Source: an uncultured Chthonomonadaceae bacterium
GTDB lineage: Bacteria > Armatimonadota > Chthonomonadetes > Chthonomonadales > Chthonomonadaceae
Reading direction: 5' to 3'
Length of the DNA stretch: 64,000 nucleotides
NCBI GenBank assembly: GCA_963817895.1
Contig: CAWFQB010000002.1
Location: forward strand, 352,001-416,000
Notes under the pieces: model-generated
Told to the model about the DNA's origin: nothing
Database searches by the model: none
The model's input: only the letters and a program-made list of their open reading frames with translations
Made by a program: the position numbers and the translations under genes
Part shown: positions 22,001 through 33,697 of the stretch, in pieces
How positions within the stretch are numbered: position 1 is the first letter of the stretch
How the letters are laid out: each line of letters opens with the position of its first letter

Positions 22001-23784
22001 TCTGGCACAGCAGGGTAAAGCGAAGGAAGCGTTTGCCCTCGCGCAGAAGATGAAGGCGCGGCGCCCTCCTCAACTCGCTGGCAGGCGGACACGCCGCCCT
22101 TCAAAAAGCGCTTACCCCAGACGAGCGCGTCCGCGAACAAACGTTGCGGCAGACATGCGACAGTCTCAACAAGCAGATGATTGGCGAAGGCGTACGCAAC
22201 GAAGTCGGCGGTAAAAAACGATTTCAGGAGTTGCAGGCGCAGTTGCGGCAGGCGGAGCGCGACCTGAGCCGGTATACGGATACGCTGTACGCCCTGCACC
22301 CCGACCTGGCCCGCCAGCGCGTGGCGCATACCCTGACCGCCCCCGAAGCCGGAAAGATACTGCCTGACGACACCGCTCTGCTGGAATACGCCGTGCTGGA
22401 CGCGGGCAATTACCGCAATAAACTGAACCGTGTCCTCGCGTTTGTGGTCACGCCGGACGGCAAAACAACGGCGCAAACCCTGCCTGTCAGCGCCACCCAA
22501 CTGCGCCAACAATGCGCCGCCTTTCGCGCCGCCTGCGCCGACCCGCGCAAGCCGTATCAGCCCCTGGCGCGACAATTGTACAACACGCTGATTGCGCCTT
22601 TCGCGCCCCGCTTGACCGGCAAAACCCACCTGCTCATTTGTCCCGACGGCCCACTGTGGGACGTGCCGTTCGCCGCGCTTATGGCAGAAGGAAAGGGAAA
22701 GGGGAAAAGGGAAGAGGGAAAAGGAGGAGCCAATTCATCCTTCATCCTTCATCCCTCATCCTTTCTCGCCGCCCGCTTCCTGATTACCTATGCGTATTCG
22801 GCGACGGGGGCGCAGGCCAGTATGCTGGCGCGTCCGAAAGGAGCGACAACAGGAGAGGTTCTCGCCCTTGCCAATCCCGATTTCGGCGACACAAAACGGT
22901 TTGGCGACAGTGTGGTGATTCCGGGGCAGCGTCCGTTTGAGGCTCCCTCGCGTCTGCCATCCCTTCCCTCGCGACCCTTCGAAGCGCCGTCGCGTCCGTT
23001 CTCGGCTCCGATACGGCCCTTTGAAGCGCCTTCGCGTCCGTTGCCGCTTCCATCGCGTCCATTTGAAGCGCCTGCTCGTCCTTTCGAGTCGCCTTCGCGC
23101 CCGTTTGAAGCGCCTGCGCGACCCTTCGAGGCTCCGTCTCGTCCGTTTGAAGCCCCGTCCCGACCCTTTGAAGCGCCTTCCCGTGATCTTTTCACGCAAA
23201 TACGCGGCGGCATTGCGGCTTTGCCCGGAACCCAGCGCGAAGCCGACATGCTGCACAACCTGTACCCGTCTGCCGCCATCTACACCGGCGCAAACGCGCA
23301 GGAAGCCACGTTCAAGGCGGAAGCGGGCAAATACAAGTACCTGCATCTCGCGTCCCATGCCTTCTTCAATGATGCCGCGCCCCTGCTCTCCTCCGTTTTT
23401 CTCGCCGCGCCGCCCAAAAGCGGAGCGGGCAGTGAAGAAGACGGGTTCCTCACCGCCCGCGAACTGCTCGACATGGACTTACACGCCGACCTGATTGTGC
23501 TGTCCGCCTGTCAGACGGCGCGGGGCGAGAAACATTCGGGCGAGGGGATTGTGGGCATGACGTGGGCGCTGTTCGTGGCCGGCTGTCCCACGCAGGTTCT
23601 CAGCCAGTGGAGCGTGGACGATGCGGCAACCGCCCTGCTGATGGCGCGCTTCTACCGCGAACTCAAAGCCGGGCAGGCAAAGGGAACCGCCCTGCGAACA
23701 GCGGAACGGGAACTGCGGCGCAACCCGAAGTACGCCCATCCCTACTACTGGGCGCCCTTCCAGCTTGTCGGGCAGTGGCGGTGA
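19012..23784 (+). CDS. Secreted TPR-CHAT (caspase-like) protease, split by frameshifts near 21100 and 22060
   Basis: Signal peptide ending VHA-Q; roughly 22 tandem 40-aa TPR-like units; CHAT motifs PDGPL, LPGT..EA, HLASH, LSACQT, QWSVDD, HPYYWAPF. Confidence 0.9.
22930..23181 (+). repeat. 12 x 21-bp coding repeat (RPFEAPS heptads)
   Basis: Direct count of 12 heptads with variable synonymous codons. Confidence 0.95.
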
Positions 23785-23827
23785 GCGGAAGAAGCGACAG
23801 GGGCAACGCAAAAACGCGGCGGGCTAA

Positions 23828-23929
23828 GAGCCTATCCCAATAGGCGATTGCATTTGCGTCCGAAGGACGCTTGGCCGTAGGCTACTCAGACGGGTACGTT
23901 CTCTGTACCCGGCCTACTGCGATAGGCTC
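23828..23929. mobile_element. 102-bp MITE with IS5/IS1031-like ends, carrying a REP-like unit
   Basis: Inverted ends gagcctatcccaataggc / gcctactgcgataggctc (2 mismatches in 18); TAA directly repeated on both sides. Confidence 0.7.
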
Positions 23930-23974
23930 TAAACTCCTAAAGAATTCAGCCCGCCGCATAAACGTTCAACAGCC

Positions 23975-24172
23975 TCAAAATGTTCTTGAAATAACCGCGC
24001 GGTCGTGATGCCCGTTCATTGCGGCGACATTCGGGCGGGGCATGGCGTTCAACCGGGAATACGCCGCGCCTGTCAGCGCGATAATAAACAGCAACTTGCG
24101 CAGACCGGCGCGAACCGTTTGAAACCGGGTACCCCCGGAAAGCGCAGGCGAACTATCGGATTGGCGCTGCAT
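23975..24172 (-). CDS. Small hypothetical protein (65 aa, one hydrophobic segment)
   Basis: AGGAG 8 nt before the ATG; no recognisable homology. Confidence 0.4.
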   Translation of the reverse strand: MQRQSDSSPALSGGTRFQTVRAGLRKLLFIIALTGAAYSRLNAMPRPNVAAMNGHHDRAVISRTF

Positions 24173-24624
24173 GGCACAACTCCTGATTCCTGATGATCAA
24201 AGCCGAACAACCCTGACAAAACTGCTGGCAGAAATACGGGCATCGTCGCGGCTTCGACGTTGATAATTACAGAGTTGTTCCATAAATCAAGACAAGTTCC
24301 ACACTCTTCGCGCGCCCCTTTTTATTCCCCATGACTAATACAGAAAAAAGAATTAAAAAACCACGAAAAAAACGAACCCTTTGCCCCACTACCGCTGTCT
24401 AAAATAAAACAGATGTCTACTATAACACGAAGGAGGTGCAGAGTCAATGTTCCCATCTTCCCGTTCGCCCTGACGCTTCCGAGGTCACGACGCCTCCACT
24501 GTAAAATTTGACACAACAAGACATCGGGCTGAAAGCGCTGCATTGCCACTATTTCGACGATCTCTCTACATATTTCTCTCTCCTTCTCTAAAAAAGCTTG
24601 GGAGTAGGGGTTAGGCGTTGAGGA

Positions 24625-26742
24625 CTACTTCAAATTTGACGGCTCCGGCAGGGCGCGGACAAATGCCTCGTCGTATTGACGTTGCGCCAGTTCCAAATCC
24701 GCTCTCGCGCCGGTTTTGGATTGGGGGGCGCGTAAGGATTTTTGCAGCGTGTCCCGCGCTTCAGCCCACCGATGCAGCCGATAATACAGCCCGCCAAGTT
24801 GCGACAAACGGTACGAGTCGGGGGCATACGCGATCTGCGTCTTCAGCGCGGCTTCCGCTTCGCCATAAAGCCCCGCATGGTCGCAGGCATACGCCAGCCA
24901 GTCGCCGATGACGTGATCGGCAGGGTTGAGCATTTGCGAGGCGCGGTAATCCCCGGCGGCTTCATTCCAACGCCCCAGCATCTGATACACGGAGCCGCGC
25001 GCTTGCAGGGTATTGGCGAGATAGGGGATGTTGTTATAGCGCAGGCTGCTGCCGCTGGCCGCGCGCCGGGGCCAATCAGACTTGCGGCCCGCCTGCGTGA
25101 TTTCCGCTGGAGTACGCGCTTCGGGAACCATCTGCCGCAGCATCTTGTTGTAGCTTTCCAGCGCCTTTTCGCCCTCACCCGCCTGCGCGAATACGTAGGC
25201 TTCTCCGCCCCGCGCCGGAGTGAAATTCGGGTCGGCATGCATTTCGGCGTACATCAGTTGCAAGTCGTTACGCCATTCCGGTATGTCGGCGCGGGTAATC
25301 ACAACAAAGCGGATACAAACAGCCGACAGCGTGAACAAAAGCAGAACCGGGCCAATATGTTTCCAAAAGGGAGCCGATAAACGCCACGCTGCCGCCCACG
25401 TTTCAAAACCATACGCGAAACCGGCGCCGAGCAATCCGCACACGCCGAACAGGGGAATGGCGGCGCGATACGGCGCGACAAACTGCGACGGCACGGGTAA
25501 AATGTTCAGGCACGGCAACAGGGTCAGCAGCAGCCACAGCAGACAGAACCGGCAGGCCGGATTGCGCCACAAGCGTAAAAGCAGCCACAGGGTAAATCCA
25601 AGCGCCGCATATCCGCCAACCGCTACGCCTATGGGTGGCGGCGTGGGCAAATCCGGCGGCAGATTCTGTCCCAACGGCCCCAACGCCGCCCAATCCCACG
25701 GGCCAAGCGTGGAACCGTGCATGTGATCTACCGTGGGCCACAAAAACGCGCCCGCATAGTACCAGCACGTTCGCCCGATCATCTGAATATGCAGCGGCAA
25801 ACTCCACAGCGAATGTGAGAAAAACGTCCGGGTTGGATCGTGCATCTGCTCTGTTTGGGACACATGCCTCGCCATCTTCAGAAACTGCGCAATGGGAATC
25901 GCAAACACGCCGAGCCACCACAAACGCTCCCACGCAATCTGTTTCTGATGCAATGTGACCAGCAGAGGCGCAAGCAACACCATCAGCAGGCACTGCTCTT
26001 TGGTAAAGATCGCCGCCGTAAACGCCAGCAGGGACAGGAACAGCCATGCAAAGGATGAAGCATGAAGGATGAAGGATGAATTAGCGGAGAGTTGAGAGTT
26101 GATAGTTGGTAGGGTTTCCTCTCCTTCTCGTATCTCGTATCTCGTATCTCGTATCTTTTCCTTTTCCCTTTGTCCCATTTTCAGCAGTCCAATAGCGTAC
26201 AGGGCAAGGAAGATCAAAGCCATTGTATCGGGGCGACCGCCGATGAAAGTGGTGACGGGAACATGCAGGGGATGCAGGGCGAACAATGCGCCGCCAATGG
26301 CGGCGGGCAGGTTGCGGCGAAACAGCAGGCGCAGCAGCCAGAAAACCAGCAGCACCGCGATGCCATGCTGAACCAAATTCTCAACATGGAAGGGGAACGC
26401 TTCATCGCGTCCATGCAGGGGCAGGTTGTGGAACCACCGCTTGCTCCACACGAAACTGACGCCAATCAGAGGACGGTAATAGTACATCATCTGCGGATGC
26501 CGAAAGCAGTCCCATGCGTTTTCACTACAGCCTCGCGTCGCCGGGTCGTGCAGCCACCCGTGATCGTCAATGACCGCTTCCCCCTTCGTCCCGCTCCATT
26601 GCAGCGCCATCGAAAGAAAAGTCATCAGCAACGCGAACAAAGCAAAGGATGAAGGATGAAGGATGAAGGATGAATCCTCTCCTTCTCGTATCTCATATCT
26701 CGTATCTCGTATCTCTCCTTTTCCCTCTTCTTCCTCAGTCAT
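24625..26742 (-). CDS. Polytopic membrane GT-C-like glycosyltransferase (TMTC-like) with C-terminal TPRs; two heptamer-derived insertions
   Basis: IDD, YYRPL, FH..N, LFALHP, R.D, KE and W.ND..L motifs; multiple TM segments; TPR tail. Confidence 0.78.
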   Translation of the reverse strand: MTEEEEGKGEIRDTRYEIREGEDSSFILHPSSFALFALLMTFLSMALQWSGTKGEAVIDDHGWLHDPATRGCSENAWDCFRHPQMMYYYRPLIGVSFVWSKRWFHNLPLHGRDEAFPFHVENLVQHGIAVLLVFWLLRLLFRRNLPAAIGGALFALHPLHVPVTTFIGGRPDTMALIFLALYAIGLLKMGQREKEKIRDTRYEIREGEETLPTINSQLSANSSFILHASSFAWLFLSLLAFTAAIFTKEQCLLMVLLAPLLVTLHQKQIAWERLWWLGVFAIPIAQFLKMARHVSQTEQMHDPTRTFFSHSLWSLPLHIQMIGRTCWYYAGAFLWPTVDHMHGSTLGPWDWAALGPLGQNLPPDLPTPPPIGVAVGGYAALGFTLWLLLRLWRNPACRFCLLWLLLTLLPCLNILPVPSQFVAPYRAAIPLFGVCGLLGAGFAYGFETWAAAWRLSAPFWKHIGPVLLLFTLSAVCIRFVVITRADIPEWRNDLQLMYAEMHADPNFTPARGGEAYVFAQAGEGEKALESYNKMLRQMVPEARTPAEITQAGRKSDWPRRAASGSSLRYNNIPYLANTLQARGSVYQMLGRWNEAAGDYRASQMLNPADHVIGDWLAYACDHAGLYGEAEAALKTQIAYAPDSYRLSQLGGLYYRLHRWAEARDTLQKSLRAPQSKTGARADLELAQRQYDEAFVRALPEPSNLK

Positions 26743-27110
26743 TGGTTTCCTCCTGTGGGCGCGGCGGGCGTTCGGTAGGCGCGGAACAGGCGGAGGCTCA
26801 GGAAGATCGCGCCTGCGACAAAGGGGAGGAGCGCGACACTGGCAATCCAGAACCCCGGCGTCAGATCACCGGCGCGGGAACGAACCCATTCCACAATCAG
26901 CCCGCCCCAGACTACCAGAAGCAGGCGCGTCATATCGGCGCGGTTGGCGTATTCCGGGTCGTGGCGGGATGTCCGGCGCGAACGCGCGAACAATCCGAGC
27001 AGCAGCAGCGTCAGGACAGCAAGGAACCACAGCCGCCAATCGTAATAGGTTGTTGAGGGCGGCTGCGGCAATCCGGCAAGCAGCGGGTCATGTAATCTGT
27101 CAGGTTTCAT
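26739..27110 (-). CDS. Hypothetical membrane protein (3 TM)
   Basis: ORF overlaps the start of the GT gene by 4 nt. Confidence 0.6.
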   Translation of the reverse strand: MKPDRLHDPLLAGLPQPPSTTYYDWRLWFLAVLTLLLLGLFARSRRTSRHDPEYANRADMTRLLLVVWGGLIVEWVRSRAGDLTPGFWIASVALLPFVAGAIFLSLRLFRAYRTPAAPTGGNQ

Positions 27111-27205
27111 ACCCTACAAATACGCCATCGGAAGTGGTTTCTCCTTATTCATTCGCGTTCATTCGCGGCTATTTTGATTTGTATTTGGTTCGTACAGGAG
27201 CCGTC

Positions 27206-27856
27206 ATGCTGAAGCGCGCATTTATTCTTGCCAATGGCGATCCGCCATCACCCGCTCTGGCGCAACGCATTGCAGGTCAGGCCGATTTGCGGATTGTCAC
27301 GGACGGGGCTGTCCACAAAGCCGTTCATCTCGGAATCGTACCCGATATACTATGCGGGGATTTCGACTCGGTGGACTTGGAAGCCGCGCAAAGCAGCTTT
27401 CCCTCGGTTGCCGTTGTGCCGACGCCGGATCAGGAGTTTGCCGATCTGGAAAAAGCGATACTCGTGGCAAGTCAACGGGGCGCAATGGAGGCAGCCATTC
27501 TGGGCGCGTTGGGCGGGCGCATGGATCACACGTTGAGCAGTTTCGCGTTGCTAATGCGCTACGCCGGTATGCTGTCGCTGCGACTGCTCGATGACCGGGG
27601 AGCTACATGGGTCATAAAAGGCAAAGAGCGGCAATCCTTTGCGGCAAATCCGGGCGATACCGTTTCGCTGATAACCTTCACGGGCGCGGATGTCAGCATT
27701 GCGGGAGTGGGATGGCCGCTCGACCGCTTTATGCTGGACCCCGGCACACACGGCGTCAGCAATGTCGCCGCGCAGTCGCAAGTGGATGTGCGGGTTGACA
27801 TGGGCGTGGTCTTCATAACTCATTTGTCGGCTATGCCACAGGGATTTGTGGAATAA
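27206..27856 (+). CDS. thiN: Thiamine diphosphokinase
   Basis: ILANG, TDGA, GDFDS, DQ..D.EKA, GALGGRMDH and GVSN motifs. Confidence 0.9.
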   Translation: MLKRAFILANGDPPSPALAQRIAGQADLRIVTDGAVHKAVHLGIVPDILCGDFDSVDLEAAQSSFPSVAVVPTPDQEFADLEKAILVASQRGAMEAAILGALGGRMDHTLSSFALLMRYAGMLSLRLLDDRGATWVIKGKERQSFAANPGDTVSLITFTGADVSIAGVGWPLDRFMLDPGTHGVSNVAAQSQVDVRVDMGVVFITHLSAMPQGFVE

Positions 27857-27917
27857 AGCAGGATTGACAGCTTCAACGGCAAATCTACTTTGAAATTTCA
27901 TTACTGGACACATTCTT

Positions 27918-28051
27918 GCCAGGGGTTGAAAACCCCTGTCTACATAGCCTGCGGCCAAGCGTCCTACGGACGCGGAACTCTGTTAAACATGAATTCGCGT
28001 CCGAAGGACGCTTGGCGGAACGCCACTCAGACGGGTATTTTCAATACCCGG
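27918..28051. repeat. Inverted REP-like doublet; same unit as inside the MITE at 23856-23912
   Basis: ccaagcgtcctacggacgc ... gcgtccgaaggacgcttgg, with terminal hairpins (caggggttgaaaacccctg; cgggtattttcaatacccg). Confidence 0.75.
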
Positions 28052-28165
28052 AAAACATGTCCGGTAGTAAATTCCAAAACTCTCTTTTGCCTGTCCGATA
28101 CCTTCCGCAGTTTCCGCCCTGAATGTAGTGACATAAGTAGAAACCATTCAGGAGGACACCGGAAA

Positions 28166-30304
<2,139 letters not shown>

Positions 30305-30761
30305 ACGACGCGGCGATGAGGAACAAAGCCGTCGGCCAGGAACAACTTGCGTTGTTGTAATGAAGCAGACCTATGGAACCGTCGAACGCTGGTCAGCCAT
30401 GCTGTTCAGTGGCTGAAATTGTGCGTGGAAGAACGGGCGCGTGATTGTCGGAATGGGTTTTTATTGCCGCTGTGCAATAGTCTGTGTCACGTCGCCAAAC
30501 CGCCAATTCACCGCATACGGCTGGTCTGGCGCGGTAACTCGCCCTTGCGCTGGAATTCCAACTGGAGCCGACATTCTATCCACAGCCATTGCGCCGAGCT
30601 GGCAGGAGGTCGGTAAATTGGGCGCGGTTGCTGTCATTCGCACGGGTTGAACTACTTTCTTTCCATGGAAATGAAAGAAGAGCAGTCAACCCGCGCGAAT
30701 GAAGAAACGGTCAACAGGATGCGGAAAAGGATAGCCGAACAGATGTAGGATAACATGAAGT

Positions 30762-31398
30762 TCAATCGGGAAGCGCAGTTTGTCCGATTTTACGCTTCAC
30801 GCGCTGAAGAGCGTTGTCTACGGCTTTGGTCTGACAGCACAATTCAGAAGACATTTCGCGGTACGATTTGCCCTGTAGATAGCAGTCCAGAACCTGTATT
30901 TCGAGGGGAGAAAGCGTGGCGCGAATGGCGTCCAACCGTCCGCCGTTTTCGCGGGGCGTAACGAGGCATTGCTGCGGATCGGGCGCGCGGCGGTCGGCCA
31001 GGGATTCGAGCAGAACGTTTTCGCCCTCCCCATCCGCGCCGAGACGTCTGGTTCAGCGACACGCAGGTGGTGAGCATGGCGTGTTTCTGGCGCGTGGCGG
31101 TTTTCACGGCGGAAATAATCTGGCGAGTCACGCACAAATCGGCAAAGGCGCGAAAACGGGCCAGCCGTTCCGCCCGGAAATCGCGAATGGCCTTGTACAG
31201 CCCGATCATGCCCTCCTGAACAACATCATCATGGTCCGCGCCCATCAGGAAGTAGGCGCGGGCTTTGCTTTCCACGAGGGGACGGTAGCGGGCCAGCAGC
31301 AGTTCCGTGGCGTGACGGCTGCCGACGCTTGCGCGGCCCGCGAGTTCTTCATCGCTGGGCAGAGCAAAATGGGACGAGTGGGAACATGCCATGACCAT
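30762..31398 (-). CDS. sigH: SigH (Spo0H)-like sigma factor, one frameshift near 31045
   Basis: YFLMGAD.DDVVQEGMIGLYKAIRDF, FADLCVTRQIISAVKTATRQKH; shifted frame gives YLQGKSY.EM...KAVDNALQRVKRK. Confidence 0.88.
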
Positions 31399-31617
31399 CG
31401 GCGGAGCCTTTCCCTGAACGCGCCGACAGGCGAGGCCGGACGCGCATACAGCGCTGAATCTCCCGCGCGGGAGTGTCGAAGTGGGAACTGAAACGCTCGA
31501 ACGGGCGAACGTTGGGCAACAGGGTCAAAGAACGATTTGCGAACGATTTGAATAATAGCGCAAACTGACGGAAGTAACAGGGCGTATGTTGCAATGAAAT
31601 AGCAAACATACAATCAC

Positions 31618-31646
31618 AGTGTAGAGCAACCTTGCAATTCTGTCAA
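31618..31646 (-). promoter_or_regulatory. Sigma70-type promoter upstream of the sigH-like gene
   Basis: TTGACA-N17-TACACT on the minus strand. Confidence 0.65.
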
Positions 31647-31671
31647 GAGGGTAGGCAAATCTTTTTTTGGT

Positions 31672-32524
31672 CTATTTCTCCCAACGATCTAGTCCAAGCA
31701 GTTTACGTCCAAGCGGGGTTAGTTCCGCCGTTGCGCCGAAACGCTCTTCTTGTTTGCGCGGGTCGCCGGGGAAAACGGAACCGCCGGGAGGAAGGCGATT
31801 CTGCCAGCAGAAGGCGCGGATTTCGCGTGCCTCGTCGCTGAGATGTTCGGCGGGAAACATGGTGATATATTGCGAATAGCGGGGACGATTCGAGGTGTTG
31901 TGACCGTTGCCGTGCGCCAGAATGTTGTTCCAGATAATCAGGTCGCCGGTTCGGGCGGGAATGGGCGTCACTCTCATGCCTTCGGGCAGGCGGGACAGGT
32001 CGGGCATACGCGGGTTGCGGTCAGCGGGCTGTTCGGCAATCCATTGCGGGCAAATTCTTGTGGAAGCCGGGGATGCACTGAAAACCGCCCATATCCGTAT
32101 CCGTATCGGAAAGACATAGCACAGCCTGTACGCCCAATCGGGGCGGCAGTTTTGAGGTGTCCACATCCCAGTGCGTAAAGCCTTTGTGGTCGTAGTCGGG
32201 ATGGTCGGGATGCCGGGGCAGTTTCATGCCCACGCGGTCAATGGTGACCGCAAGGTGGGGCGTTCCCAAAATCTCTGTAAACGCCTCGTACAATCGGGGA
32301 TTTTGGCGATTGTCCCACATCGCCGGATGCTGGTACATTTCGATCATGCCGCCCGGTTTAAGCGGTTCGCGGTAACTGTCCTCTATATGGTTGCGGTCCA
32401 ATCCCAGAAACTTCCACATCGCGTCAATCACGCGGTCGCAGTTTTCTTTGGGAATCACTTCGCGGGCAACGACATACCCCTGCTCGTCAAAAAACCGACG
32501 GTTTTCCTCAGTCAAAATAGCCAT
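31672..32524 (-). CDS. Phytanoyl-CoA dioxygenase family (Fe/2OG) protein, frameshift near 32040
   Basis: FFDEQGYVV, HWD, GGFQCIPGFH, GDLIIW...HG...N...PR motifs. Confidence 0.85.
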
Positions 32525-32573
32525 TGCGCAACATTCTCCCTGCTTTCCAGAAGCGTATGATTTATGCGCTGTT

Positions 32574-33245
32574 TTACGCCATATTCGCGTTGGTTTCCTC
32601 CTCAGTTTCGCCTGCGCTCCCCTCGTCTTCTGTATCCTCCTCCTCTTCATCAGCGAAAATCGAATCCACACTCAAATTCAGCCCCTGCAGAACATGGGAA
32701 ACAATCACATTGCCGCTGCCATACAAGCCTGACCGAACATACTGTCCATTCTGCAATTGCAGCACTTCCACAGTTTGTATCGGCGCGCGAACTGCCCATA
32801 TTTCCGGTACGCTGATGAGGGCGTAATCATCCAGTTTGCTTTGATATTTGCGTCCAACTTCATCGGGAGATAACACTTCGACCACCAATTCCGGCGTTAC
32901 TTCAAGAACCTGTTGGTTACGCAATTGCCTGCGCCCGGAAATGCCCGTCCGGGCGCGACTTAAAAACAGTATGTCCGGCTGGCGTGTTTTCACGCGCGGC
33001 TCACGCGCAATCACCACATCTACTGGCGCATTGAGAACTACGCCCAATCTGTTACGGCGGACATACTCTTTCAACGGCTCGTAGATTTCGCCCGAAACCC
33101 ATTGATGGTCGAGCAAGGGGGCTGGACACATAGTTACCACTCCGTCAATGATTTCGTAGGGCCGATTGGTTTCCGGCGTACACAGGTATTCCTCATAGGA
33201 TATCGGCCTGCCGGAACGCGCGGCTCCTTCAATGGTTAATCGCAT
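32574..33245 (-). CDS. Uma2 family endonuclease with acidic tail
   Basis: YEIIDG, QPDILF, PELVVEVLSP, K..DY....VPE.W motifs. Confidence 0.87.
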   Translation of the reverse strand: MRLTIEGAARSGRPISYEEYLCTPETNRPYEIIDGVVTMCPAPLLDHQWVSGEIYEPLKEYVRRNRLGVVLNAPVDVVIAREPRVKTRQPDILFLSRARTGISGRRQLRNQQVLEVTPELVVEVLSPDEVGRKYQSKLDDYALISVPEIWAVRAPIQTVEVLQLQNGQYVRSGLYGSGNVIVSHVLQGLNLSVDSIFADEEEEDTEDEGSAGETEEETNANMA

Positions 33246-33540
33246 GGTCTTGCTCCTGCGTGTCTTGACTACGCATTTTGATTTGCGCGGTCAGGAGTTG
33301 GTTTTGCGTTGCCGCCAACTGCGTTTGCGTTACGGCCAATTTCGTTCGGGTTTGGCGTAATTGCTGCTGTGACAGCGTCAGTTCTCGCGCCAGATACGCG
33401 TTATTGTGCTGAAAGCCATCTGCGCGGTGTTTCCATTGCCCCATCACGCCGATGCTGTGCATCGTTATAAACCCACACATCACCGTCCACACGCCCAACA
33501 TCGCCCAAATCGGCGTAGACATTTTCGGTAATCGCTGCAT
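33229..33540 (-). CDS. Hypothetical single-TM coiled-coil protein
   Basis: AAGGAG RBS; hydrophobic N-terminus and Gln/Leu heptads; overlaps the Uma2 start. Confidence 0.6.
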   Translation of the reverse strand: MQRLPKMSTPIWAMLGVWTVMCGFITMHSIGVMGQWKHRADGFQHNNAYLARELTLSQQQLRQTRTKLAVTQTQLAATQNQLLTAQIKMRSQDTQEQDHAINH

Positions 33541-33564
33541 CGTTGATACTCCTTCTAACTGAGG

Positions 33565-33697
33565 CAGGTTATCAGGTTGTCAGGTTGTTAGTTGTTAGGT
33601 TGTTAGGACAATGCAAGAGTTTGTGTTTACTTGTATACAGTAAGACCATCTGCCGAGTACCTAACAACTAACAACCTGACAACCTGACAACCTAACC
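33565..33697. repeat. Intergenic inverted 7/8-mer arrays
   Basis: caggttgtcaggttgttagttgttagg ... cctaacaactaacaacctgacaacctg. Confidence 0.85.

Noticed and set aside
30313..30750. Possible gene between ligA and sigH
   Set aside because: Only short broken frames with no recognisable motif; cannot be called
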